NCBI RefSeq assembly: GCF_009914755.1
Contig: NC_060926.1
Length of the DNA stretch: 64,000 nucleotides
DNA from: the human T2T-CHM13v2.0 reference genome, Homo sapiens
Strand: one strand, 5' to 3'
The position numbers were made by a program, and so were the translations under genes. The notes under the pieces were generated by a model. The model was not told where the DNA came from, searched no databases, and saw nothing but the letters and a program-made list of their open reading frames with translations. How positions within the stretch are numbered: the first letter of the stretch is position 1; each line of letters begins with the position of its first letter. Below are positions 13,810 through 28,824 of this stretch, one piece after another.

Positions 13810-14199
13810 TTAAGGACTTTCCTAAATATGTGCAATTCCTCAATAAAACAATAAAAGAGACATAATTAGCCTATGGTGTTTGAAGTCAGGACAATGGTTA
13901 CCTTTAAGGAAGAGTGTTACTGAGAAGATGCAAGAGCCATAAATTTATGATGATTTTACTTCTCTGCATGTATGCTATTCTCCAGCAAAAAAAAAAAAAA
14001 AGGATGAGGGGAGAAGGTACTGCTCTACATTAAAGGTGACATAATAAATAAATTGTTAACTGGATTTTGCTTAAATCAATTATTTTTGAGAAACAGTGAA
14101 ATTTTAATATTAGATAATTCTTGTGTATAATATTAAGCATAATAAAGACATTTTGCTTATTTAAGAAAATATCCCTATTAGAAGTTCATAGGGGTGAAG

Positions 14200-15125
14200 C
14201 AGTTGTCCTGTGTGGCTATTTAAGTCCCTGCTCAGTTCACTCAGTGGTTGGATAACAAATGCACAAAGATTTGCTTAAATGCACTCAATCAGTAAGTCCC
14301 CCAGCCTTTGCTGATGGGCTGTGTGTGTTTGATGGAACACTCCTTCAGTACTCTAAGCAGTTTATAGCTCTGCCTTAACTTTTACTTCCTGCTTGCACAG
14401 AGCCTGAAGGTCAGGCACAGAAGAAAATAAGGTCTCTCCTGGGTATGCACACAGCCCTTTGTATGCATTTGGCTTTCCCAATTCCCAGGAATATATTTGA
14501 GCTTTTCAAAGCCTGCTATGCACATCTCTTTCTCTATATTGTCCTTTTCCGTTTTTTTCTGTTAGTCCCTTATGTGCCCCAAGTGGTATTGCCACCTCAG
14601 GTAAGTGCAGTGTTAAACAACTGTCATTGGTTGTTTTTGAAAAGTGTTCTGGTGATAGGGTTGTTTGCACCAAAGAAGCTATGAGCCAGGTTAACGAAAG
14701 TCCTGCAAATGGGGCTTTTCCAGAGAGCTGCCAGACATGTCAGGTAGTGACAATTCTCTAACAGGGATGAGGTTTTTGGGGAAGCTCCAAACCCATTCTG
14801 CTGCCGTTAGTGGCTCGTAAGGTGTGTTTGTTTTCATGACTACCATGGTTGCAGAGCTTCTGGTTTTCAGTTATTGCAGAGCTGGGGAGACAGGAATGAT
14901 AAAAGGCAAGTCATAATAAAATGTTACACAGCCAAAGCCTACTGTGCTGAGTTCAACCTGTTTCTTGAATAAATGCTCCTCATGTACTTGAAAGCTTTTG
15001 GCTGATTTCCAGAGTTCTAAAAAAGTTGACTTTTGCAATTTTCTCCAGTGTTTTCATTGCTTTTTTGGGGAGCAGAATGTGGTGGTGGGGGTTCTCACTC
15101 TACCATTCCCGAAGTGCTTCTCCTC
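14200..15125 (-). mobile_element. Old L1M (L1MC/MD-type) 5' region
   Basis: Resembles a reverse-complemented old L1 5'UTR (tttccagagttctaaaaaagttgac...ctcactctaccattcc). Confidence 0.55.
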
Positions 15126-15989
15126 ACAATCATCCCTTGAAGATTAGATTGGGGTAAGAAAACCCCTGACCTAAGCCCCGTAGGAAAACCCTACCCGGCT
15201 TCTCAGCTGCCATTTACAATAAGCACAGTTGCTTAAAGCATGATGCTCTTTAGAAAGTCTAAAGTCCCTTAAGACACTGTTCTGTGACCATGAACCTCAC
15301 CAATCACCCCACATGGTTCTCACGTCACTGAGTCTAAGGATCAGTTCAGCACAAAGTCATCCCTCCTACTAGAAAAATGATTAAATTCAGCATGTCCTAC
15401 TAACCATGTGGACTATGATAGTAGCTTCTATGAAGGTTTTATCTTCATTTCATAATGCTTTGGTGCCTTAGCTGTTAATAAGTTGTAAATCAGTATAGAA
15501 AAATAAAGTAAAATCAATGTCCATATAAAATTCTACCCAAAATCAACCAACAGTGAAATTTTCAAGCAGGTCACTGGTTTCTCATAGCGTCAGGATTATA
15601 AAGAAGCAGGTTCCAGTCTATTAATAGCCAGAAAATGTTCCTTATATTATAATAAATAAAAGTAGACGAAAAGTTCTGGGAAGTCAGGAAGCAGACATTT
15701 GCCTCCTACCAGGAGGGCAAGAGTTTCCCAGAAATCAGACCCAGCTGAGGTTATAAGGGTCATTAGTAAGGCAACATCCCCATGATAAGGTTCTCTGTGG
15801 ACCATGACTAGAAGTCTAGTGTGATATAAAGAAGACAGCTTTCCTAAACTGCCAGATTTCCTGCAGAAATCTACTGCAGGACACAGCTGACATTAGTCTT
15901 TAACTAGTTTAAACTGAAATAAAATTAAACGTAATATTAAGCAAGACAAAACACTAATGTGATTTAAATATATACATATATGTATGATT

Positions 15990-16510
15990 ATTCATTACAG
16001 CACTATTTGTTTGTAATAGAGAAAACTGGAGACAATTTAAATGTCCACTACTTAACCCATCAAATATACCAGTTAATAAATTATGTTACATCTCAACAAT
16101 AAAAGTGTGCACATATATAAGAATGGGACTCTTTCTATGTTCTGACCTGGAAAAATCTGAACAATATATAAGTGAAACAAAGTGTAGAATAGTGCATATA
16201 TTTTGCTATTTTTTATATTAAAAGAGGTGAAAATTTCTACATAGTTGTATTTGCTTATTGATATACATGTATGTATATGTGTGTGTGTATATACATATAG
16301 TATGTGTGTGTGTGTATATATATATATATATACATGTGTGGAATATATATCCATCCATATATGTATAAAAACTTTGAAAGAATAAACCTGAAACTAATGA
16401 GCATTGTTACCTGTGAGAAAAAAAGGGAAAAATTTGGAAATGCATGAGAGGTTGAAAGGAAACCTGTCAAACTACTTCTTTGCATTTAGAAAGTTTTTTG
16501 GGCCAAATGA
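15990..16510 (+). mobile_element. L1ME-like 3' end containing a (TA/TG)n tract
   Basis: cagcactatttg...aaaactggagacaatttaaatgtcca; tract at about 16260-16365. Confidence 0.6.
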
Positions 16511-17044
16511 CTATATTACTTAATCGAAAAAAGGCCTCTGGTTATTCACATAGGGCAAAAAAAAAACATGTAATAACATTATCTTACAGTTTTTTAAAAA
16601 ATTAGAAACTAGAGATGTATTCAGATTTTGTAAATCTCTAGTTGATGAAGCCCTAAGTAAACCCCAGAAAGAATTTCTGAATAGGTATATAACATGAAAA
16701 AGGATAGAATGAGAGTCTGTACAATATAATAGCGGATTGTATTCTCTGTCTTGTAGCAATACGTGCCCTACTTTGTCTTCATTATTTATAAATAACCTGG
16801 CTTTAAAAAGCATCTACAGCAACTGCATTTCCAACGGAAATGGCACTTGCTTTACATGAATGTTCTAAACCAGGGTAGCTCGCATGATAACCCTGACCTT
16901 TAGAAATGTAACCAGCCTCAATACTAGTAAAAATGATATTGCAAATGGTAGCAGGACCACAAGTAGCTTTCATTTTATTCTATTTTCTGTATTTTAAATG
17001 TTTTTCACTAAGCTTAACTTTCATGATCAGGGACAAAACTATAT

Positions 17045-17850
17045 TTTTCATAAGACAGGTGGCTCTGGTGGCAGTATGGGGGATGAATTGCAGTAAGAGG
17101 AAATTGGTGGCAGAAGCATCAGTCAGAAGAGTGGTTCAAGGTAGGAGAAAGATAACAAAGATAGGAATAAAAGTTGAAGCAGTGGAGCCAGATATAGATA
17201 AGTTGAAGAGGTTAATTGACCAGGCCACCTGGATGGAAGTGATGAAGAAAAATGCAAGCATAAGTCTCAAATGTCTGATTTGCGTAACTGCTGCCAGCAA
17301 CATTAAAGAGGCGTATGAAGGAGGATGAAGAATGTGGTCAAATTCTGTTTGGGCTACAATGAATTTGAGGGGTCTGAGGCCAATCCAGGTGGAGATGCCA
17401 AGTCCACAGCTAGAAATACAATAATGGCACTCAGAAAAAGAATGAAGATTGGGGATGTAAGTGTATAGGTATTGGCTGAATCCATGGAAACAGATGAGAT
17501 TGCAGGGTGCCAAGAGCAAAATTAGGAGAAAAGAGCCTAGGAGAGAAAAGTCTGTGGAACACCAACTAAGGTGGAAGAAGAGAGAGCAAAGGACAAAACA
17601 GAAATAACTTCAGGCAGGTAACTAGAAAAGAAGGGTCTAGGAAAGATTAAAGAGTAGACCTTTTCAAGAAGGGAACAGTGACATCAACAGCATCAAATAC
17701 TGTCAAGATTTAAGAGGACAAAGCCCCACTTCACCCAGTTGGCAATGACAAGGGCTCCAATGTCCTCAGTGGGGCAGTGACAGTCAAGGTTTGGAGTTGA
17801 AAGCTAGGCTGAGGTGGGCTGAGGAATAAAATGGAAGGTGAACATTTCAA
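17045..17850 (-). mobile_element. L2 LINE fragment
   Basis: tgaatttgagg...ccaggtggagatg... purine-rich antisense L2 pattern. Confidence 0.65.
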
Positions 17851-17959
17851 CTAAGAAAACTAAATCATTCAATAGTGGCCCTTCACACATCACTCATTTA
17901 AAATCCCTAAGACGTGAACATGGAAATCATATTCTCATTTATTTCACGGCAAAAGGTTA

Positions 17960-18150
17960 AACAGTTCAGTATAGTGGTTAAATATATTCCCTGAGTTAAA
18001 ATCCTGTTTCTATCACTTGTGTGACTGTGTCTCATATTACTCATCTGTAAAATGGCAATGGGAATTGTACAACCTCAACAGGTTACTGAGGGTTAGATGA
18101 GGTGAGCAACTAGCTTAGTGCCTGCTCAGTCATTCAGATGCTATTATATT
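17960..18150 (+). mobile_element. MIR
   Basis: atagtggttaa...ctcatctgtaaaatgg. Confidence 0.7.
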
Positions 18151-18384
18151 TCTTCACTCTTCCATCTGTGTAAAACCAAAAAGAAATTAAATCTTGACCT
18201 CCCTGATTGAAGGTTGGATTGTTTAACAAGCTCATTCAGCACTGTTCATTAACCTTACTCATTCACTTGGCAATAAACATTTATTAAGCCCTTTCCATGG
18301 GCTTTAATTTACTGGAACCTGGGGACAAAAAAAATGATTAAGGCTTGATCCCAGCTCTCACAGGCTACATAAAAAATTCTTTTA

Positions 18385-18738
<354 letters not shown>

Positions 18739-18996
18739 TTACACAATGAAATGATGAACAAAACACTTATTGCCCCTCCCTAGTATTTTTTACATTCATT
18801 CATTATGACATCCTGAATTAAGGTTACAAAAAACAGAAACACTAGGCTGCCAATTGATTAACTTCTTTAGCATGCTTTATAAAATGTTAATCACTTCTCC
18901 TAAATACTTTTATTTAATCTATCCTTCTCTGCAATTCTCAGTAACTTCATGAAACTAACAATAAATCTCCTCAGCCACCTGTTAGATGGTTTCTTT

Positions 18997-19297
18997 TTTT
19001 GTTTCTTTCACTTTTTTTTTTAGTCAGGGTCCTGTTCTTTCGCTCAGGCTGGAGGGCAGTGGCACAATCACAGCTCACTGCAGCCTCCAATTCCTGGGCT
19101 CAAGCAATCCTCCTGCCTCAGCTTTCCAAATATCTGAGACTGTAGGCACCAGTTACCACGTCCAGCTAATTTTTATTTGTAGAGACAGGGTCTTGCTATG
19201 TTGCCCAGGTTGGTCTTGAACTCCTGGGCTCAAGCAATCGTCCTGCCTTAGCCTCCCAAAGTGCTGGGATTACAAGCATGAGCCATTGTGCCTGGTC
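18997..19297 (-). mobile_element. AluJ
   Basis: Antisense dimer; TSD gatggtttcttt. Confidence 0.9.
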
Positions 19298-20167
19298 TGA
19301 TGGTTTCTTTTCTGTATCTCATATGCAATAAATCATAATCTTATTTAATTAAGACAGTAAAAGCCTTCCCCATCTTACAAGCCCCGGCTCATTTATTTAA
19401 TCAGAATATAAAAGCTCTAGTTACTTAATGAAAAGTATTCAACAAACCACTGAACATGGAGATATTAAAGCAAATTTTTAAAATATGATCTCACTAGAAG
19501 GTAATTAATTTTCCATCATGCAGAACTTCTTCCTAAAATCATGTATCATTGGCCATCCCTCTCCATTAAGCCCTATGCCCTGATACCAAAGCCTCTTATT
19601 AAACCTGATACCAAAAGCCTCTTATTAAAAAGAGCACTCTACTCACCTAAGGTAGGACGCTAGAAGACCTGGGTGGCAGGTCTTAGAGAATCACTTTTGT
19701 GATCTGAAGCTAGTCCTTTAACTTCTCTGGAACTGGAGCACATGGGGACTGAAAATACTTGTTCAGACCAGTCATGGTGGTTGAAAATCCAAGGAAATTT
19801 TGGTATAAGCTGCTCTTCAAACTGTAAAGTGCAATATAAATGCAAATATAACTTGTCTAGATTAAAATAACTACTGTAGTACATGGGTTTTGTTTTTTTT
19901 CCTAATTACTTAGGAATTTGGTCCAAATGAAACTAACTTGGTTGGAAGCCTATTTATTAAAACCTATTAGGTATGTTTCATTGAATGTAAAATGCCTCAT
20001 TTAATGTGAAAAATGTCACAACAGTGTAGAGCTGTGTATCTAGAACTTCTTCCTATTAACATACACCAATGTGCCACCTCTACCCTCAACCCTGAAACTG
20101 TTTAGAAAGGAGAAACTTAGGCTATAACTTCATGAAGAATTGGACTAACGAGATGGTAGAAAGACTA

Positions 20168-20570
20168 ATTAACTCAATAACTATTTACTGAGTGCCTACT
20201 TTGTGCCAGGATCTTAGGATACATGAGTGAATTCAACAAAAAGAAAACCACCTGCCCTCATGGAGCTTACATTCTAGCGGGAGATGGAAAGGGGAGATGG
20301 ACAGTAAACAAGGAACATATTAAGGTAAATCATATAGTGTATAGGATGGTTATAAGTGTTGGGGGAAAGAGAACAGAGAGGGAAAGCTGGGGCTTGAGAG
20401 TAGGGAAGCATAGTAGGCCTCATTCAGAAGGGGATGTTTGAGCAAAGAATTGAGTGAGGTCTTGGATTTGGCCTTACATTCCAGGCAAAAAGAACAATCA
20501 GTGCAAAGGCCCCAATGAGGGAGCTTGCTAACATGCTTGAGAAGCAGCAAAGAGATAAAAGGAGTGCAGA
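20168..20570 (-). mobile_element. L2 3' end
   Basis: tatttactgagtgcctactttgtgccagg...cctgccctcatggagcttacattctag. Confidence 0.8.
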
Positions 20571-21324
20571 TATTAACAGCAATGTAAAGAAGCAGACCAC
20601 CTGTTTGAATTAGCTTTTCACTGCTGCCACTGTTTTTGACTTGTCTCTGTTGACAAGCTGGGCACTGCAAATTAGGAAAAGGTGAGAAAAATATCCTTGG
20701 CCTTCTTTGCTCTGGGTCTCTTTTTAAGCAAAATGAAGGCCTCAGGGACAAGACCATCTCCTTCCTAGGCAATGATTTTTGAATGTGACTAATTTCTGGC
20801 ACAATCCCTAGTGTAGATACTGTTATCATAGTATCATTAAATGTACAAAAACATACAGTTAACTGCCAATAGTGCTAAACAAATTCATAAAACAAAAAAT
20901 GATGCATTAAATACAAACAAAACTAGAAAAAGAATCAAGTTCTGATTAACAACACTCACTCACTGTGAATGATTGTAGTCGTTTGCTAGAACTAAATCAC
21001 AAGGCTTGTTATAAGCCTTGTTATAGCTTATAACAAGGCTATAATACTAACTCCTAACAGCAAAGATTGTTTTGAGTCCATCATGAGAATAATGCATGGT
21101 GCTAGGTGATGACTCAATTTTTCTCATTTTTCTCTATTAGAAAAGTATTTTGTTTTGGCCCTTTCTTGGCACAAACACATAATTTACATATTAAACTTAC
21201 TTCTTACCTTCTTTCATAAGCTCAGACAGTTAAAGCAGTATTACTTGGTGACAGCAATATTATAAGCAGGAAGACTATAAACTGATGATCTCCATTAGTT
21301 AGAATATGCTTAAGTACTTTGGGG

Positions 21325-21686
21325 TGCTATGGTCTGGATGTGTCTCTCACAAAAACCATATGTTGACTTCAAATCCCCAATGCAATATTATTAAGAGGTG
21401 GGCCTTTAAGCAGTGATTAGGTCATGAGGATAAAGCCCTCATGAATGCAATTAGCATCCTTATAAAAGAGAGAGCTTGTTCATCCCATTTTGCCTTTCTG
21501 CTCTTCCACCATATGAGGACACAAAGGTAGCATCATCTGTGAGGAATAGGTCCTCACTGGACACCGAATCTGCTGGCACCTTGATCTTGCACTTCCCAGC
21601 CTCCAGAACGGAGAAAGAAATTTCTGTTGCTTATAAATTACCTAGCCTAAAGTCTTCTGTTATGGGAGCCTGAATGGACTAAGACA
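21325..21686 (+). mobile_element. MLT1A/MST-type MaLR solo LTR
   Basis: tgctatggtctg...gaatggactaagaca termini. Confidence 0.85.
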
Positions 21687-22066
21687 GGTGGATTATTTTG
21701 AACAAAAACACAAAACTTAAAATGTCTTATTAAAAACATACTCTTGAAAATATGCATAGATATATCTACATATCTATATATAGAGAGAGATATATATATC
21801 TCCAGGGATCAGAATCTTGTGGCTCTATTTCAGCATGAAGTCAACAGTAGAAAAGAGACCACTGGGGTCTGTGTGGTGAGTGATGTAGGTAAGAAAATAA
21901 CATGCCAAATTACAGCATTTGTCTTCCATGCTGTGACTTTGGGAATATCATTTAGCAACCTCCGTATTTCATTGAAGAGTAGCAGCAGTAAATAAGTTTT
22001 ATCAAATTCAAAGGCCCTAATTCACCTCAACTAAATTAAACAAGGCTTGTAAGCACTGAGTTATTA

Positions 22067-22387
<321 letters not shown>

Positions 22388-22469
22388 TTACAATTTTCTT
22401 ATTATAATTGTACAAAACGTCATTTCTAGAGATTTTTGTTTTTTCATGGCTTTCTTTAGGTCTATCGAT

Positions 22470-22722
22470 TTAATAATTACATAGTGCTTACTGTCAGGCA
22501 TGGTTTATAGTGCTTTACAAATGTAAATTTATTTAATCCTAACAACAACCTTATAAATTAGATGCTATTATCATTCCCATGTTACCTGTGGGGGAAACTG
22601 AGACACAGAAGGTACGTAATATATCCATGGGTACACAACTAGTCAGTCAGTAGTAGGGCCCGAATTCAATCCAGATATCTGGCTTCAGAGTATAGGTATG
22701 TAACTGCTATGCTATGCTACTC
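22470..22722 (-). mobile_element. MIR
   Basis: atttaatcct...ggaaactgagacacagaagg. Confidence 0.8.
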
Positions 22723-23407
22723 TATATTTACTTGTGGGACTTCAACATATATCTTTTTCCTTTTTCCTTAATGTATGGCTAGCATCTAATCATATGCATA
22801 ATTTTCAATCTATAAGAATGGAAACCTAGAAAAACAAGATAAGAGGCAAATTTGTCTAGGTATCAAAAGCAAAATATTGTGGTAGTTTTTCAAAAGTGAA
22901 AATGTTAAGATTATTAGAGGTATATACTTCTCAGACACCAGAGTCACTGGTCCACAAAGCTGCTTTGCTGTTACATAAATTAACTTTTGCTGACGGGGAA
23001 GACTGGCATTTGGAAGCATGGTTACTGCCACTCTGAGGGGCACCCCAGTGAAAAACTGAACAGAAATATAAGTCTCTACAGGATAGCCTTTATAGGCAAC
23101 AGAAAAGCTATATAGTTCCTAGAATCTGAAGCATAAATATATTGGCAAATACCAATTGTGACTGAAGTGCGATCTGTTGTGGAGTCACTTTATGGACCAT
23201 TCAGGACAAACTTTTCACCCATATCTGGTTTTACAAATTTTTCACCCATATCTGATTTCTCTCTTTATAAGTCACAGCCACTTCACACCATTAATTAAAG
23301 AATATTTAGCACATGAAATTAACTGTCATGTTGCAAAACTGTCTGTGGCAGGCAAATGGGCAAATGGATGTGTTACCAAGAAGACCTACAGAGAGTTATT
23401 TCCTTAG

Positions 23408-23650
23408 TGCAGCATTTTCTAAAATGCATTTTGAGAAACCCTAGTGTTTTGAGGTGTTACTAGGAAAAATGGGCTCCTGGTCAAATACGACTAGGATGTG
23501 GTGGATACCATACTCCCCCTTTAGAAGTTCAAAACATGCATTAGTAAATAATACGAAAGCTCTGGAAGCCCTCTGCCTTCTACGGCGTCCTAAACTGATT
23601 TAACCCAGGAACACTTTATAACAGAACACCTACAAACAGCCTGGGGAATG
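23408..23650. mobile_element. Probable hAT-Charlie MER fragment
   Basis: cagcattttctaaaatg start; aactgatttaaccca motif. Confidence 0.35.
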
Positions 23651-24109
23651 TACCTTGATGAATCCCCCACTATTCCAGATCTGCCTCCTGCCTCTGCAAG
23701 AGTCTTGACCTTGTCAGGGTCTCAGAGGTGGTCAGTACCAGAAAGGCAGACTAAATTGACTAAGAAAGGTAACTTTGAAAGGGGCCTTATTCTTGGCATC
23801 TTCTGGCTTTCTAGGAAAACTACAGAGAAAGCCAATTTATCATCACAAGTTTTCTTGGTAGTAAGAAATCAGAAGTGGGGGAGTGAGTTCAGATGTTTAA
23901 AGGTTTCTAGCTAACAGTCTGATTCATGCACATGTGGCCCTGGGGACCACAGACCTCATCCTTGGATGAGTGTATCCTCTCCCTGAACAGCCACTGGATG
24001 GACACTACAAAGGACTACACCACTCGTGCTAAGCTTCCACAGCCAGCCAAAACCCTTTCTGATGGTTCAGGACCTCTTTAGATACTTTGAAAGCTTAGGC
24101 TTGAAATAA

Positions 24110-24390
24110 AAATAGTTAACATTTATTTAGTACCTTCTCAATGTTAGATATGGCATGAAATACTGATATTATGCTCAGATACTATATTATATTATATTTA
24201 TTATCTCATAATTTTCCTGACAACTCCATGAGGTAGACCCTATTATGACACCCATTTTATTCATGAATACCTGAGGCTCAAAGAAGTTATGTAGCTTGCC
24301 CAAAATTACAGAAAAAGAAAGGCCAACCAAAAATTTGCATCCAGGCCATTGGTCTTTGGAATCCACATTCTCTACCAGCTGCTTTACTGG
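24110..24390 (-). mobile_element. MIR
   Basis: atgaggtag...cccatttta...ctgaggctcaaagaagtta. Confidence 0.8.
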
Positions 24391-25039
24391 TTTAAAGATC
24401 GGAGAACCTTCCAAGTTGTTGGAATGATCAATATGTCAACTTGATAGTTTAATTATCAGAAGGAACTGCTTTTACATTCTTGCCAGCACTCCTTGTACTC
24501 CCCCAAATGATCACTTATCGTGACTTTGCAGCAGACACTTGGTCACCTCTGAAACTAAACAGCAAAAGTCGCTGCATGGAAAACTAAACACACTAGGTGA
24601 CCCTAGGTAGCTTACTAGCCTTTTCTGTGCCTGTCTTTGCTCACCTGAAAAACACAAATCACACTTGCACTAATTCATAATGTGGTAGAGAAAGTACTGT
24701 GACTGCATGTTTAGCCTCCTAAGGGAAAAAATGCCATCTATAACCTTGTTGTTTTTTATTAACACAACAGTTTCATACTTGATGCCTGTTGGGTCCAAGG
24801 CATTCATGGATCTAGACACAAATACATTCTTTGCAAAACATGTCACCGTAAGAAATAAGATGCTTGGAGATAAGTAGATTAAGACATCACAACAGGCAGG
24901 AATGTTGTTTTTACTTGAATGGGCTACGTACTTAGACACAAGAGGACTTTCTGTTTTGAGCTTTGCATATTGTCTAGGAAATTCTACATTGTGCGAGCTC
25001 AATTTCCTTATTAATCTGCTGTCTTATACTCATTGGCAT

Positions 25040-25512
25040 TGGCTGGTTATCTTCCATGTGCCTCCCTCCCTCCCCCATACACTCTGCTCTCTGCCCTGGG
25101 AAACCGACCTATAGGTACTGCATCACTGAGCTCCACTGACCTCAAATTTGCAAGTGGATTTAGTCAACAGGGAGCACCAGCAAGAGACAGGAGGCAGGGA
25201 GGAGAGTAAGACTGGAATATTTAAACTCCCAGTTCTAAATATATAGTCTCTCTGCAGGTTATTTATCTTCTACCAGCTGACCCCTCAACCTAGCTCTCTC
25301 CGTAACCCAGGTTCTAGTAACTGTTCCCTCTTCTTACATCTTCAGGCCTAGGAGTAGTAACAGTACCCTGCCCCACTGTTACTGGCTGTGTTGTAATGTA
25401 TCACCCCTATGATCTCTCTATGCTTTTATAAACAGTCCCTGTATTAAAGGTCACACAAATGATCTAAGTTGAGATGGCCATCTGCATCTGGCAGGGACCC
25501 TGACTGACATAA
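25040..25512 (+). mobile_element. LTR33-like ERVL LTR
   Basis: ttcaggcctaggagtagtaacag...ccatctg...gggaccctgactgaca. Confidence 0.65.
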
Positions 25513-25756
25513 CAATCAATCAAGAACTTCCTTGCACTGTTTTTTGTACTGAATTGATACTGCTCTCATTATACTGTTTAACTCTCATGAATGTATGTTT
25601 TAGATGATAGGATCTCACATTTGGAACCCAAAGGCTTATCACATGTAACCCCATAGTTTTTCTACTTTTCAAAGTTTAGTTCTATATTTTTTCTCTCATG
25701 CTGTGCTTAACTCTTTGGAATTAGATTAAGGAGGTATGGGTTTTAGTCCCAGATAC

Positions 25757-26199
25757 TGTATTAGTTTCTTAGAGTTTCTGTGACAAAGTACCACAAACTG
25801 AGTGACTTAAAACAACAGAAAGTTACTCTCTCATACTTCCAGAATCTAGAAGTCTAAAATCAAGGTGTTAGCAAGCCATCCTCCCTCCAAAGGCTCTAGG
25901 GAAGAATCCTGTCTTGCCCTTTCCTAGCTTCTGATGGTTGTTGGCAATCTTTCATACTCCTTGGTTTGTAGCTGAATCTGTCCAGTCTCTGCCTCTGTCT
26001 TCACATGGTCTTCTCTGTGTCTTTCTCTTATCCTGTCCTCTTCTTTTAAGGACAACATTCACTGGATTCATTGGCCCACTGTAATCCAGTATGACCTTAT
26101 CTTCACTAATTATACCTGCAAAGACCCTACTTCTAAGCAAGGTCATATTCGGAGATTCAGGAAGACATGACTTATGGGGACACTATTCAAAGCACTACA
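25757..26199 (-). mobile_element. MLT1C-like solo LTR inserted in a MIR
   Basis: tgtattagttt...acaaagtaccacaaactg...gacactattcaaagcactaca; MIR-like sequence on both flanks. Confidence 0.85.
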
Positions 26200-26807
26200 C
26201 ATATGCTATGTAAATCTATGCAAACTTTTTTCCTTTTTAGATTCAATCCCTTTATCTGTAAAATAAATTATATTAAGATTGGTAATGAATAGAATAAAAT
26301 TGAGTAATATTTTGCTTCATCTCTTGCCCATGCCCAACATCGCTAATTGATTATACAACTCTTTCCAGAATGAAGCCTCAGTCTTCCTAACATAGCACTC
26401 TATGCAGCTTCCACTATTCAACTCGGATAGGAATGTAAGATAAAACCTACTTTCGGTGCCAGGGCTGTGTAACCTATCAGGCTCCTTCTAGTTCTTTGCT
26501 TTTAAGTTTTATATTCCTTAATTAAAATGCTACATAGAGAAGTTTAAGGAAGTGTGGTACATTAAAAAATTTTTTTTAATTAATTTAAAGATTTGTTTGT
26601 GTTTTGTCAGCAATGCAACACAAGGTGTTCCATATTCTAACATCAAAATAATTATAAATGTTATAAGTAGGAGTAGGTAACAGAAAAGCATGAATCATTC
26701 TCCTTAACAAAATATAAAATACAAAAATGCCAAATGCCACCACCATGTTTCAGAAATATTTCTGGAAAACATTAAAGAAATGCAAAAGCAATACAAATCA
26801 ACACTGA

Positions 26808-28410
<1,603 letters not shown>

Positions 28411-28824
28411 TGATCCCAGAAAAATAGTACAGGTGGTAAATGTAAAGATAGACCAGAATTTATTTTCTATTTTTCTTATAACCTAAGGTATAAGATAGAC
28501 CAATTAGATAGAGAGAAACTAAAATCTCATGTTTTAAAATAAAATATTCCTTCCATCTTTTTGCCTGAAATTGGAGCTGGTGTAATTTTAGTGAGTCAAT
28601 AAACACCCCCCCTTTAGAGAGTTCAGACCACCTAAAGGCAGACACGAGAGCCAGAAAGATGAACGATCTCTCCAATATCCTGTCTCAGAAAGGTCAATTA
28701 ATGTATCCCAGATCAGTTAATTAGTAGTGAAGTAAGATTTGTATGATTCTAAAGTTCAATATATCACAATACCTCTCTGAGAAAGAAAAATGGCTTTGAA
28801 AATATTACTTCTAAAAATGTCTGC

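Noticed and set aside
28771-28792. 4-nt minus-strand microexon tttctttctcag|AGAG|gtattg
   Set aside because: Moderate donor, frame-shifting length, and no independent support.
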